From contig JANRJP010000141.1 in assembly GCA_033763905.1 (NCBI GenBank), positions 1 through 38,431 of the forward strand: DNA of 38,431 nucleotides, read 5' to 3'. The notes below the pieces were generated by a model. That model was not told the origin of the DNA. It searched no databases and saw only the letters and a list, made by a program, of their open reading frames with translations. The stretch comes from Gemmatimonadaceae bacterium. GTDB lineage: Bacteria > Gemmatimonadota > Gemmatimonadetes > Gemmatimonadales > Gemmatimonadaceae. Shown piece by piece: positions 10,481 through 22,272 of the stretch; within the stretch, counting starts at the first letter, position 1, and each line of letters begins with the position of its first letter. The position numbers and the translations under genes are program-made.

Positions 10481-10501
10481 GAAATCACTCCGAAAGCACG
10501 A

Positions 10502-11419
10502 TTAGAACGGCATCGGCGGCTCGAGACCGCTGATTCGCAGATACCACGCGATCGCTGCGTCGCCCCACCACAGCACCACCAACGCGGCCGGCGCGAGAAA
10601 CACGCCGAACGGCAGCGCCTGCTCGGGAAGAGAACCCTCCGCCGGCAGGCCGGGTTCCGCGGCGGCGGCATCCGCCTCGACCTCCGTCGCAGTGCCTCGT
10701 TCGGCGGCGGCGCTCGGCGCCAGCGCCGTCGGCCGCACCAGTCGCATCGCCACGATGCCGACTGTGCCCAGCAACGCCCCCGCAAACACCACCAACAGCG
10801 ATCGCCACGAGCCGACGTGCGCGCCGACCATCGCCATCAGCGTCACGTCGCCGAAGCCCATCGCCTCGCGCTTGAGCACGACTTCGCCGAGCCAGCCCGC
10901 GATGGCGATCAACCCCGCGCCCGCACACGCGCCCACCAGCGCATCGGGCAGCGGGGCAAACGGCGCCCCCACATCTCCCATCAGCGCCGACGCCAGCGCA
11001 CCGCCGAGTCCGGCCACGAGCCCGGTCACGGTGAAGCCGTCGGGAATCTCGAAAAACTGCGCGTCGGTCAGCACGATGCCGAGCAACAGCGTCGCGAAGA
11101 CGGCCAGCCGGAGCGCGGTGAATCCCGGCCCCGACACAACGACCGCACCGGCCCACAAGGCCGCCACCAAGAGCTCGACCGCGGGATACTGGACACTGAT
11201 CGGCAGCCCGCACCCCGCACACTTCGCCCGAAGCGCGATCCAACTGACGACGGGAATGTTCTCGTACCACGTGATCGGACGACCGCAGCGCGGGCAGCGG
11301 GACCGCGGTGCCACCACCGACAATCCGGCGGGCCAGCGCGAGACGCACACGTTGAGGAACGACCCGATCGCCGCGCCCACCACGCCAGCCAACGCCGCGA
11401 ACGCCGTGGTCTCGGTCAC
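10502..11419 (-). CDS. Prepilin peptidase / N-methyltransferase (A24, PilD/GspO-like)
   Basis: GSFLNV, RSRCPRC...NIPVVSW..LRAKCAGC...ISVQYP, MGFGDV, LPFGVFL. The GTG overlaps the upstream stop (GTGA). Confidence 0.92.
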   Translation of the reverse strand: MTETTAFAALAGVVGAAIGSFLNVCVSRWPAGLSVVAPRSRCPRCGRPITWYENIPVVSWIALRAKCAGCGLPISVQYPAVELLVAALWAGAVVVSGPGFTALRLAVFATLLLGIVLTDAQFFEIPDGFTVTGLVAGLGGALASALMGDVGAPFAPLPDALVGACAGAGLIAIAGWLGEVVLKREAMGFGDVTLMAMVGAHVGSWRSLLVVFAGALLGTVGIVAMRLVRPTALAPSAAAERGTATEVEADAAAAEPGLPAEGSLPEQALPFGVFLAPAALVVLWWGDAAIAWYLRISGLEPPMPF

Positions 11420-12177
11420 GCCCGCAACTCCCACAGGAGAATGCCCGCCGCCACGCCGACGTTCAGCGACTCCACGGCGGTACCGATCGGGATCGCGACC
11501 AACTCGGCGCACGCCGCACGGACCGTGTCGGTGAGTCCAGCGCCCTCGTTGCCCACGACGAGCGCCAGCGGCCCCAGAGGACGGCGCGACGCATCGCCCA
11601 CGACCCGCCCACGATGGTCCGCTCCCCACAGCGGCACCCCGTGCGCCGACAGCCACTGCAGGCAGGCCTCGAGATCGAGCGACACCACCGGATGATGACA
11701 CTGCGCGCCGACCGCCGCTCTCACGACCTTGGCATTCCAGGGGTCCACGGTGCCGGGCAGCACGATCGTCGCTGCCACGCCCAGTGCCGCCGCCGTCCGC
11801 AACACCGTCCCGACGTTGCCGGGATCCTGCAGCGCGTCGAGCACGAGCACTCGCGTCGTCGCCGACACCGCCGGCAGCGCCGGCGCGGGAATGCGCGCCA
11901 CGAGCAGGACCCCCTGCGGCGACTCGGTGTCCGCGGCGCTGGCGAACTCGCGGTCGTTCACGTCGGTGAGCGGTACGCCCGCGGCCTCGAGCGCCTCCCG
12001 AAGCGCGCGGCCGCGAGGGGCCTCGGCCAGGGTCGGACTGATCAACGCGCCGACTGCGGGGTACTGAGCGCGAAGGACCTCTTCGACGGCCCGCACCCCC
12101 TCGGCGACGAAGAGTCCTTCGCGCTCCCTCGCCTTGCGACGGCGCAAGTCCCGGGCTACGGTGAGCAGTTTTCCCAC
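11416..12177 (-). CDS. TrmH/SpoU family RNA methyltransferase
   Basis: FVAEG, LQDPGNVGTVLRTA, VGNEGAGL, IPI...ESLNVGVAAGILL. Confidence 0.93.
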   Translation of the reverse strand: MGKLLTVARDLRRRKAREREGLFVAEGVRAVEEVLRAQYPAVGALISPTLAEAPRGRALREALEAAGVPLTDVNDREFASAADTESPQGVLLVARIPAPALPAVSATTRVLVLDALQDPGNVGTVLRTAAALGVAATIVLPGTVDPWNAKVVRAAVGAQCHHPVVSLDLEACLQWLSAHGVPLWGADHRGRVVGDASRRPLGPLALVVGNEGAGLTDTVRAACAELVAIPIGTAVESLNVGVAAGILLWELRA

Positions 12178-12209
12178 GTCACATCCACGCGTTCTGGCAG
12201 GGTTCGACT

Positions 12210-13010
12210 GTGCACCGATTCATTCTGGCCGCTTCGGCCTCACTGTGGCTCGCCGGCTGCGTCGCGTCGACGCAGAAGGAAGTGGAGATGGGGCGCTCGT
12301 ACGCCCAGCAAATCAACGCCCAGCTCCCGATTGTGGACGATCCGGACGTCAATCGGTATCTGACGCGCCTCGGCGACTCGCTGGCCCACGTGGCCGATTC
12401 TCGCGGTCTCGAGTGGCGATTTTTCCTGGTCGATTCGAAGGACGTCAATGCGTTCGCGGTGCCGGGGGGCTTCGTGTACGTGAACCGGGGGCTGGTCGAG
12501 CGGATGACCAATATGTCGCAACTGGCCGCGGTACTCGGGCACGAGATCGGGCACGTTACGCAACGGCACTCCGTCGAGCAAATGGCCAAGCAGCAGCGCA
12601 CCGAAACCGGGATCACATTGGCCTGCGTGCTCACCCGGATGTGCGGGAATCAGGGGGCCAGCGCCGCCATCGGCCTCGGCGCGAATGCGCTGTTCGCCAA
12701 GTTCTCGCGCGCCGATGAAGCCGAGGCCGATCGGGTCGGGCTCGACTACGTCGTGCGCGCCGGGATCGACCCGACCGGTATGCCCGAGACGTTCCGCATT
12801 CTGATGGCGGAGCGGGCTCGTCGCCCGGAAGGCACCGAGAGCTGGTTTCTCACGCATCCGCTCGAGGAAGACCGCATCCGTCAGGCCGAAGCCCTGATCA
12901 GCCAGATGCCCCCCAGTGCGACGCAGGGCCTCACGCGCGACACGCGAGCCTTTCAGGACTTCAAGCGCCGACTGCTCGCCCTACCCCCCTCCCCCGCACC
13001 GCGCCGCTGA
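12210..13010 (+). CDS. M48 family zinc metalloprotease lipoprotein
   Basis: Lipobox [33 protein letters not shown]. Confidence 0.92.
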   Translation: MHRFILAASASLWLAGCVASTQKEVEMGRSYAQQINAQLPIVDDPDVNRYLTRLGDSLAHVADSRGLEWRFFLVDSKDVNAFAVPGGFVYVNRGLVERMTNMSQLAAVLGHEIGHVTQRHSVEQMAKQQRTETGITLACVLTRMCGNQGASAAIGLGANALFAKFSRADEAEADRVGLDYVVRAGIDPTGMPETFRILMAERARRPEGTESWFLTHPLEEDRIRQAEALISQMPPSATQGLTRDTRAFQDFKRRLLALPPSPAPRR

Positions 13011-13011
13011 G

Positions 13012-13791
13012 ATGCAGATCGCGCTGACGATCGCCGGCTCGGACTCCGGCGGCGGTGCCGGCATTCAGGCCGACCTCAAGACCTTCCATCGTTTTGGCGT
13101 CTTCGGCACCAGCGTCCTCACGGCCATCACCGCGCAGAACACGCGCGGTGTGCAGGCGTGGGAGGGCGTGTCACCGGCCCTGGTTCGTGCGCAGCTCGCG
13201 TCGGTGGCGACCGATCTGCGCCCCGCGGCGGTGAAGTCGGGAATGCTCGGTGACACCGCGACGGTCGAAGTGGTCGAGGACGGACTGCGCGCGCATCGGC
13301 TCGCGCCCTATGTGCTCGACCCGGTGATGGTCGCAACGTCCGGTGATCCGCTGCTGCGTCCGGACGCGGTCGATGCCATCGTGCGATTGCTGATTCCGCG
13401 CGCCACGCTGATCACCCCGAATCTGGACGAGGCCGAGCTCCTGCTCGGCCGCACGGTACGCGACGAGTCGTCGATGCTCGAGGCGGCGCGCGCCTTGGTC
13501 GATCAGCACGGCGCCGAGGCGGCGCTCGTGAAGGGTGGGCATCTCACCGGCGCCGACGCCATCGATGTGCTCTGGGCGGATGGGCGTGCCCACACGTTCC
13601 GGCATCCGCGTCTGGCCACCACCAGCACGCACGGCACCGGCTGTACGTTGTCGGCGGCCATCGCCGCGCACCTCGCGCAGGGACTCCCGCTGGTGGATGC
13701 CGTTCGCGAGTCGCTCGGCTTCGTGCATCGGGCCATCGCGAGTGCGCCCGGGCTCGGCGCGGGCCACGGGCCCTTGAACCACTTCGCGTAG
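13012..13791 (+). CDS. thiD: Hydroxymethylpyrimidine/phosphomethylpyrimidine kinase
   Basis: [49 protein letters not shown]. Confidence 0.96.
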   Translation: MQIALTIAGSDSGGGAGIQADLKTFHRFGVFGTSVLTAITAQNTRGVQAWEGVSPALVRAQLASVATDLRPAAVKSGMLGDTATVEVVEDGLRAHRLAPYVLDPVMVATSGDPLLRPDAVDAIVRLLIPRATLITPNLDEAELLLGRTVRDESSMLEAARALVDQHGAEAALVKGGHLTGADAIDVLWADGRAHTFRHPRLATTSTHGTGCTLSAAIAAHLAQGLPLVDAVRESLGFVHRAIASAPGLGAGHGPLNHFA

Positions 13792-13796
13792 CGACC

Positions 13797-13827
13797 CTCG
13801 GCGTCGGCGCAGCGCGCCGACGCCGAG
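13797..13827. terminator. Perfect 14-bp-stem hairpin between the convergent thiD and PNP genes
   Basis: CTCGGCGTCGGCGC-AGC-GCGCCGACGCCGAG. Confidence 0.65.
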
Positions 13828-13828
13828 C

Positions 13829-14677
13829 TTACGCCGCCGCGAACGCGCGTACGAAGCCCTCGACGAGCGCCTCGAACTTTGGGCCGACCTCGCGCCCGAC
13901 CTGCACGACTTCGTCGTGCGAGAGCTTCTCGTGCGACAGTCCGGCCGCCTTGTTGGTGATCACGCTGACGGCGGCCACGCGCAGCCCCATCGCGCGCGCG
14001 GCGATCACTTCGTGCACGGTGCTCATTCCAGTCGCGTCCGCGCCGAGCTTCTCGAGCATCCGCACTTCGGATGGCGTCTCGTAGGTCGGTCCGGTGAGTC
14101 CCGCGTAGACCCCTTCCTGCAACAGGACCCCTTGGGCGCGGGCGACGCCGCGTAGCAGCGCGCGCAACGCCGGGTCATAGGGGTCCGACATATCGGGGAA
14201 ACGCAGGTCACCGTCTACGACCGGCCCGATCAACGGGTTGAGGCCCGTCAGGTTGAGGTGATCCGCGATCAGCATCAGATCACCCGGCACGAATGTGCGC
14301 CGGATGCCGCCAGCGGCGTTCGACACGAAGAGCGCCTTCGCGCCGAGCGCGTGGGCCACGCGCGCTGGCAGCGCGGCAACCGCCGCCCCGTGCCCCTCAT
14401 AGACGTGGAATCGGCCCGCAAAGCACACCACCCGCTGCCCGGCGACGTCGCCCACCACGACCTCACCCGCGTGCCCGTGCACCGATGGGACCGGGAAACC
14501 CGGTACGTCCGCATACGGCACCCGCACGGCGTGTTGAATGCGCGCCGTAAAGCTCCCGAGGCCCGAGCCAAGGATGATCACGACGAGCGGCGGCGCGTCA
14601 CCCGCCGCGGCGCGGATGCGCGCCGAGGCCCCAAGCGCCACGCCGCGCGGATCGAAGGCGTCGGTGGAGTGACTCAC
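13829..14677 (-). CDS. Purine nucleoside phosphorylase (trimeric PunA/XapA type)
   Basis: ILGSGLG, GHAG, GRFHVYEG, SNAAGG, GPTYETPSE, GMSTVHE, ITN. The GTG overlaps the add stop. Confidence 0.93.
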   Translation of the reverse strand: MSHSTDAFDPRGVALGASARIRAAAGDAPPLVVIILGSGLGSFTARIQHAVRVPYADVPGFPVPSVHGHAGEVVVGDVAGQRVVCFAGRFHVYEGHGAAVAALPARVAHALGAKALFVSNAAGGIRRTFVPGDLMLIADHLNLTGLNPLIGPVVDGDLRFPDMSDPYDPALRALLRGVARAQGVLLQEGVYAGLTGPTYETPSEVRMLEKLGADATGMSTVHEVIAARAMGLRVAAVSVITNKAAGLSHEKLSHDEVVQVGREVGPKFEALVEGFVRAFAAA

Positions 14678-15714
14678 GCGCGCCCCCGTCGAATCGCCTC
14701 GATCTCGGGCGCGACCACCGACAACAGCGCGCGCCGCTCTTCCCACGGAATGAACGACGACTCGAACGACGCGGTCGCGATGTGGCACAGGTCGTCGAGC
14801 GTGAAGTGCAGGTGCTCCGCGGCCCGCGCGTACTCGTCACTGAGCGACACGCCCGACATCAGCGTGTTGTCGGTGTTGAGCGTCACGACGACGCCGCGCG
14901 CCCGGTAGTCGCGGGCCGGATGCGCGGCAAAGGCTGGGGTGGCCCGCGTCTGCACGTTCGACGTCAGGCACACCTCGACTGGGATGCGCCGATCGTTCAC
15001 GTACTGCAGGAGCGACGCGTCTTCGATCAGGCGCGTGCCGTGGCCGATTCGGTGCGCGCCGCAGTCATACAGCGCCTCGCGTACCGAGTCCGGCCCCCAG
15101 GCCTCGCCCGCGTGACAGGTGATGCCGAGGTCCGCACGGCGCGCCACGTCGAACGCTGCCCGGTGCTCCGACGCGGGGTTCCCCGCCTCGCCGCCGGCGA
15201 GATCGAACGCCACCACACCGCGCCCCTTCCAGGCGACCGCCAGTTCCGCCATCTCGATCGACTGTGCGACGGGCGAATGCCGCAGCGCGCACACGATCGC
15301 GCGCGCCACCGTCCCACTGGTCCGGGCGCCGCGCGTCATCCCCGTCATCCACGCGGCCATCACGTCGTCGGAGCTGAGCCCGCGCGCCGTCGACAGAAAC
15401 GGGGCGAAGCGCACTTCGACGAGCCGCACGCCGTCGGCTGCGGCGTCGAGCACCAACTCCTCCGCGATGCGTTCGATCGCGGCCGCATCCTGCATCACCG
15501 AGAGCGTCACGGCGAAGCGCGCGAGATAATCCTCCAGCCGCTTGGCATCCGAGACGAGCATATAGCGGCCCAGCGCCTCGGCATCGGCGTGGGGCATCGC
15601 GACGCCTCGCTCGGCCGCCAGCGCCAGCATCGTGGCCGGACGCACCGAGCCGTCGAGGTGGCAGTGCAGTTCCGCCTTCGGTAAGCGCCGAAGGGTATCG
15701 ATGGCGACGGTCAC
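14674..15714 (-). CDS. add: Adenosine deaminase
   Basis: LPKAELHCHLDGS, HAGE, RIGHG, EVCLTSN, NTDN. Confidence 0.94.
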   Translation of the reverse strand: MTVAIDTLRRLPKAELHCHLDGSVRPATMLALAAERGVAMPHADAEALGRYMLVSDAKRLEDYLARFAVTLSVMQDAAAIERIAEELVLDAAADGVRLVEVRFAPFLSTARGLSSDDVMAAWMTGMTRGARTSGTVARAIVCALRHSPVAQSIEMAELAVAWKGRGVVAFDLAGGEAGNPASEHRAAFDVARRADLGITCHAGEAWGPDSVREALYDCGAHRIGHGTRLIEDASLLQYVNDRRIPVEVCLTSNVQTRATPAFAAHPARDYRARGVVVTLNTDNTLMSGVSLSDEYARAAEHLHFTLDDLCHIATASFESSFIPWEERRALLSVVAPEIEAIRRGRA

Positions 15715-15974
15715 GGCGCCTCGTCGGTCGCGGCCGCACCGCTGCGGACGCGGAGAATGCGGTAAATCGCTCCGCCGTGTGCCGGCGTGTCCGGCGCCAA
15801 GTCGAGCCCGCGGCTGTCGGTAATCCGCCGGGCGCCGGATTCGATCTCGGCGGCGAGCGCTGCGTCGTAGACCCGCACGGCGGACAAGGCGGTGCTCCCC
15901 GACGGCACACTCACCCCGCGCCCATCCACAAACACCCGCAGAAGCGGCGAAATCGCGCTAAGCTGTTCCATCAT
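15711..15974 (-). CDS. Small beta-grasp (Fer2_4/ubiquitin-like) protein lacking cysteines
   Basis: VFVDGRGVSVPSGSTALSAVR resembles the start of 2Fe-2S-like domains. Its stop overlaps the add start (GTGA). Confidence 0.6.
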   Translation of the reverse strand: MMEQLSAISPLLRVFVDGRGVSVPSGSTALSAVRVYDAALAAEIESGARRITDSRGLDLAPDTPAHGGAIYRILRVRSGAAATDEAP

Positions 15975-16026
15975 AGGAAGTTATCAGATTCCGGGCACGG
16001 CGGGGACACCCTGCTGCTACCGAATC

Positions 16027-16056
16027 GTGACAGGTCCCGCCTTACCCGTCGTTACA
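16027..16056 (+). promoter_or_regulatory. Weak candidate PhoB half-sites upstream of udk-phoBR
   Basis: GTGACA (16027) and GTTACA (16051); spacing imperfect. Confidence 0.3.
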
Positions 16057-16102
16057 AAACTCGCAAATGTCCACCGCGACGAATTTTCCCCGCGCCCGAC
16101 TC

Positions 16103-16729
16103 GTGAAGCCCCTCCTGATCGGCATCGCCGGTGGCACTGGCTCCGGCAAATCCACGATCACCCGCCGTCTCGCCGCCGCACTGGCCGAGACGCCGGTCGC
16201 GTTCGTGGCGCTGGATTCGTACTACCTCGACCTCGGCGATATGCCGATGGACGAGCGCAATCGGCGGAACTTCGACCATCCCGACGCCTTCGACCTGCCG
16301 CTCCTGCTGCAGCACCTCGAAGCCTTGGCCGCCGGGCAGTCGATCGAGTCGCCGGTCTACGATTTCCGTCGGCACGCGCGGGCCAGCACCACCGAAACCG
16401 TCCGCCCCTCCGATGTGGTCGTGGTCGACGGCATTCTGGCCCTGCACGACCCGCGTATTCGTGCGCTGTTCGGGCTCAAGGTGTTCGTCGACGCCGACGC
16501 CGACCTGCGCCTCGCGCGCCGCATTCGACGCGACATCGTCGAGCGCGGCCGCACGGTGGAAGACGTCCTTGAGCAGTACGAGACCACCGTTCGTCCGATG
16601 CACGAGCGCTTCGTCGAACCGACGCGCGCCCACGCTGACCTGATTGTCCCCCGCGGCGGCTTCAACGACATCGCGGTCGATGTCTTGCTGGCCTTCGTGG
16701 AACGCTGCCTCCGACCCGTCCCTGCGTGA
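16103..16729 (+). CDS. udk: Uridine kinase
   Basis: IGIAGGTGSGKST, LDSYY, NFDHPDAFD, RRIRRD..ERGR, VRPMH..FVEP. An alternative ATG lies at 16067. Confidence 0.93.
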   Translation: MKPLLIGIAGGTGSGKSTITRRLAAALAETPVAFVALDSYYLDLGDMPMDERNRRNFDHPDAFDLPLLLQHLEALAAGQSIESPVYDFRRHARASTTETVRPSDVVVVDGILALHDPRIRALFGLKVFVDADADLRLARRIRRDIVERGRTVEDVLEQYETTVRPMHERFVEPTRAHADLIVPRGGFNDIAVDVLLAFVERCLRPVPA

Positions 16730-17456
16730 CTGCCCGCCCTGCTGCCCCTGCGTCTCCGACCAGCGCCGATCGTGTGCTCGTCGTCGATGACGAACCCGAT
16801 ATTGTCGCGCTCGTTGCGTATCACCTCGCCAAGACGGGGTATCGCGTCTCCACTGCCGCGTCCGGTAGCGATGCCCTGACGCTCGCGCGGCAGGAGCGTC
16901 CAGCCCTGATCGTGCTCGACCTGATGTTGCCCGGGATGTCCGGCTACGACGTGCTCGAGCAACTGCGCGCCGACGAGGCCACCAAGAGCGTGGCCGTGCT
17001 GATGCTCACCGCGCGACGCGAGGAGCAGGATCGCATCAAGGGGCTGTCGCTCGGCGCCGACGACTACCTGACTAAGCCCTTCTCGCCGCAGGAGCTGGTG
17101 CTGCGCGTGCAGGCCATCCTGCGCCGCGTGTCGTCCGCCGGTCCGTCAGCGGCCGACCTCCTGATGGTGGGCCCGATCCAGATCGACCGGTCGGCCCATC
17201 GCGTGAGCATCGACGGCGTCGAGATCGAGCTGACGCCGACCGAGTTCAAGCTGCTGGCCACCCTCGCCGAACGGCGTGGTCGCGTCCAGGCGCGAGGACA
17301 TCTGCTCGAAACCGTGTGGGAGGCCGCGCCGGACATCCAGACGCGGACCGTCGATATGCACGTGCAGCGCCTCCGGACCAAGCTGGGACCGGCGGGAGAG
17401 CTCATCGAGACCGTGAGGGGTTTCGGATACCGGATTCGCGGCGCTACATCTAGGTC

Positions 17457-17460
<4 letters not shown>
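16726..17460 (+). CDS. phoB: PhoB-like OmpR-family response regulator
   Basis: REC domain (VVDD, LDLMLP, DDYLTKPF) plus winged helix (TRTVDMHVQRLRTKL, TVRGFGY). Lies in the pst cluster. Confidence 0.88.
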
Positions 17461-19175
<1,715 letters not shown>

Positions 19176-19218
19176 CCGCGCCGGCGATCGGACCGGCGGT
19201 GCAATGTTGCCGCCATTT

Positions 19219-19244
19219 GTTACATCCGTGACACCGCCGTTACA
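19219..19244 (+). promoter_or_regulatory. Candidate Pho box upstream of the TonB-dependent receptor
   Basis: GTTACA(19219), then GTGACA(19228)/GTTACA(19239) with 11-bp period. The reverse strand reads CTGTAAC-GGCG-GTGTCAC. Confidence 0.6.
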
Positions 19245-19349
19245 GGGCTGTGCAGGTTCCGGTACGGGAGCGCCGGAGGTTTCGGTCGTACGAATGCGCT
19301 CGCGCCAGTGCGCGGCGCCCGTCGTCCTCCTCCGTATCCGACAGGAATT

Positions 19350-22115
19350 ATGCGTTCCTTCATTCGTTCGTCCGCGCTCGCCCTCGCCTTGCTTCTTCCC
19401 TTCGGTCGATCGACCGAGGCGCAGACCCAGGTGCCGAAGGGCCGGATCGTCGGCAAAGTCGTTGACGTCAACACCGGCAACGGCATCTCCGATGCGGCGG
19501 TGCAGATCGTTGGCACCACGCTCGGCACGATGTCCGGCGTCGGTGGCCGCTTCACGATCGTGAACGTGCCGGCTGGCTCGGTGACGATTCAGGTCCGCCG
19601 CATCGGCTACACCCCGAAGACGGTCACTGGCCTGCAACTCGAGGCCGGACAGACGATCGAGCAGAACATCGCGATTGGCGCCGCCGAGTTGAAGCTGGCC
19701 GCGGTCGTCGTGACGAGCGAAAAGGAACGTGGATCGGTCGCCGAAGCGCTCGACGCGCAGCGTGCCGCCAGCGGGCTGGTGAACGCAGTCACCGCCGAGC
19801 AGATCGCCAAGAGCCCCGATAGCGATGCCGCCGCCGCGGCGCAGCGCGTGAGCGGCGTGTCGGTGCAGGACGGCAAGTTCATCTTCGTCCGCGGCCTGGG
19901 CGAGCGGTACACGACGGCGTCACTCAACGGCGCGCGCCTGCCCAGCCCGGAGCCCGAGCGCAAGGTGGTGCCGCTCGATCTCTTCCCGAGCGGCATTCTG
20001 CAGTCGATCACGACGTCGAAGACGTTCACGCCGGACTTGCAGGGTGACTTCTCCGGCGCGCAGGTCGACATCCGCACGCGCGAGTTCCCCGCGCGTCGGC
20101 AGGTGACCTACTCGATGTCGCTCGGCGCGAATGACGGCGCCGCGTTCCAGAACGTGCTCCGCGCGCCGAACGCGGGCGGGGAGCTCGTGGCGCTCGGCAA
20201 TCGCGGCGGTCGCGCGATCCCCGGACTTCTCGCCAACACGAACTTTGCGTCGAGCCCGTCGCAGGCGACGCAGAACCAGATGATTCTGGCGATGCGCAAC
20301 GTGTGGACGCCGATGACCGGGACCGGCACGCCGAACGGGTCGTTCGGCGCCAGCATCGGCGGCAGTGATCGCCTGCTGGGTCGCCAGATCGGCTACCTCA
20401 TCAGCGGCAACTACTCCGTCGCGCAGGAAATTCGCGCCAACGAAGAGAACGGCACGGCGATCCAGTCGGGCTCGCAGACGGTGCCATTCGCCGGCCCCTT
20501 CCGCGGCGAGACCGGCCGCGTCTCGGCGCAGTGGGGCGGCATTGCCAACTTCTCGACGCTCTTCGGCCGCAACACGCGGCTGTCGTGGAACAACACCTAC
20601 AACCGGCAGGGCGACAACGAAGCGCGCCTGGATCGCGGCTACTCCGAAGATCTGGCGGACACCGTCGTGCGCTCCACGCTGCGCTACGTCGAGCGGGCGA
20701 TCTGGTCGACGCAGCTCGCGGTGGAACAGCAGGCGGGCCGTCACAAGCTGGACTACTCGGCGACCCTGTCGGGTAGCACGCGTGCCGAGCCCGATCGCGC
20801 CGATCTCGTGCGCTTCCGTCAGCAGACGCCGTCTGGCACGTCGTATCCCGTCGTGATCGGCACGGCCGGTGCACGCCGGCTCTATTTTTCGCTGTGGGAG
20901 CAGAACGGCGTGGCGCAGATCAACGACCAGATCGCGCTCGGCGCCGAGGGCCGCGGCAACTCGCTCAAGGTCGGTCTCTACGGTCGCGCGACCCAGCGCT
21001 CGGCGCAGTCGCCGATCTTTGCGGTGATTCCGTTCGGGCTCGACGCCGCGACGCTGTCGCGGCCGGGTGAAGACATCTTCACGTCGCAGTATGCCTGCGC
21101 GACCTGCGCCAACTTCAACCTGCAGCCGATCGGCCAGTCCGGCTCGTACACCGCGTCGGATGCGACCTCGGCTGGGTACGCGATGGTCGATTGGGGCTTC
21201 GGGCGCAACGTCCGCGTGATCACGGGCGCACGCGTGGAACGCGCGGTCATCAACGTCGATGCCGAAACGCAGCTCGGAACCAAGCTGCCCGCATCCCTCG
21301 AGAACACCGACATCCTGCCCTCGCTCGTCGTCAACACGCGCCTCTCCGACAACGCCGCGCTTCGCTTCGCCGCGTCGCAGACGCTGGCGCGCCCCGAGTA
21401 TCGCGAACTGGCGCCGATCCTGTTCCAGGACGTGTTGGGCGGGATGAACCTGTCGGGCAACGCCGACCTCAAGCGCTCGCTCATCCAGAACGTCGACCTG
21501 CGCTGGGAGTGGTATCCCAACCGCGACGAGATCCTGAGCCTTGGCGTGTTCTTCAAGAACTTCATTGATCCGATCGAGCGCGTCGAAGTCGCGACGTCGG
21601 GTTCGTCGCAGCAGACCTACGTGAACGCCAGCGGTGCCCGCAACTTCGGCCTCGAGCTCGAAGCGCGGAAGCGGCTCGACGTCTTGGGCCCCGTCGGCGA
21701 GAATCTCGTGGTCTTCACCAACGCCACGGTGATGGAAAGCCAGATCCGCTTGGGCACGCAGGGCGGCACCTCGGTGACGAATCCGAACCGCGCGATGGTG
21801 GGTCAGGCGCCGTACGTGATCAATAGCGGCCTGACGTGGACGTCGGTGTCGGAGCGCACCAGCGCGACCCTGCTGTACAACCGTGTGGGTCGCCGCATCT
21901 TCGCCGCCGGTCCGTTGCCGCTGCCGGACATTTACGACGAAGCGCGCAACGTCGTGGACTTCTCGGTCCGCGCAGGGCTCACCCGGACGCTGGGCCTTCG
22001 GTTCGACGCCCGCAACCTGATGGACGCGCGCTTCCAGCTGACGCAGGGCGCGGTACGGCGCGAGGCCTACAACACCGGCCGAGTCTACCAGTTCGGGTTC
22101 ACCTGGCGGCAGTAA
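19350..22115 (+). CDS. TonB-dependent outer-membrane receptor with N-terminal carboxypeptidase-regulatory-like extension
   Basis: Signal peptide, GRIVGKVVD..TG..I..A.V extension, plug (RVSGVSV..GKFIFVRGLGERY, VPLDLFPS), barrel motifs (LARPEYRELAP, GNADL, N.DLRWEWY, ARNL.D). AGGA SD. Confidence 0.93.
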   Translation: MRSFIRSSALALALLLPFGRSTEAQTQVPKGRIVGKVVDVNTGNGISDAAVQIVGTTLGTMSGVGGRFTIVNVPAGSVTIQVRRIGYTPKTVTGLQLEAGQTIEQNIAIGAAELKLAAVVVTSEKERGSVAEALDAQRAASGLVNAVTAEQIAKSPDSDAAAAAQRVSGVSVQDGKFIFVRGLGERYTTASLNGARLPSPEPERKVVPLDLFPSGILQSITTSKTFTPDLQGDFSGAQVDIRTREFPARRQVTYSMSLGANDGAAFQNVLRAPNAGGELVALGNRGGRAIPGLLANTNFASSPSQATQNQMILAMRNVWTPMTGTGTPNGSFGASIGGSDRLLGRQIGYLISGNYSVAQEIRANEENGTAIQSGSQTVPFAGPFRGETGRVSAQWGGIANFSTLFGRNTRLSWNNTYNRQGDNEARLDRGYSEDLADTVVRSTLRYVERAIWSTQLAVEQQAGRHKLDYSATLSGSTRAEPDRADLVRFRQQTPSGTSYPVVIGTAGARRLYFSLWEQNGVAQINDQIALGAEGRGNSLKVGLYGRATQRSAQSPIFAVIPFGLDAATLSRPGEDIFTSQYACATCANFNLQPIGQSGSYTASDATSAGYAMVDWGFGRNVRVITGARVERAVINVDAETQLGTKLPASLENTDILPSLVVNTRLSDNAALRFAASQTLARPEYRELAPILFQDVLGGMNLSGNADLKRSLIQNVDLRWEWYPNRDEILSLGVFFKNFIDPIERVEVATSGSSQQTYVNASGARNFGLELEARKRLDVLGPVGENLVVFTNATVMESQIRLGTQGGTSVTNPNRAMVGQAPYVINSGLTWTSVSERTSATLLYNRVGRRIFAAGPLPLPDIYDEARNVVDFSVRAGLTRTLGLRFDARNLMDARFQLTQGAVRREAYNTGRVYQFGFTWRQ

Positions 22116-22193
22116 CCGACGCGTCACGCCCGGATGGTCCGCGGGCGACGATGCAACGGTGCGGCGTGACACGGCCGTGACGAAATGGTGATG
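22112..22193. promoter_or_regulatory. Candidate Pho-box array upstream of the lipoprotein gene
   Basis: GTGACA(22166), GTGACG(22177), GTGATG(22188) at 11-bp period, plus an inverted copy at 22112-22127 (GTGACgcgtcgGTTAC on the minus strand). Confidence 0.55.
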
Positions 22194-22272
22194 AGAGCGG
22201 CACACGCGTGCCGCTCTTTTCATTTGCTGGACGTTTCACGTCGACTTGACCCCCCACCGTTTCAGGTGCCCG

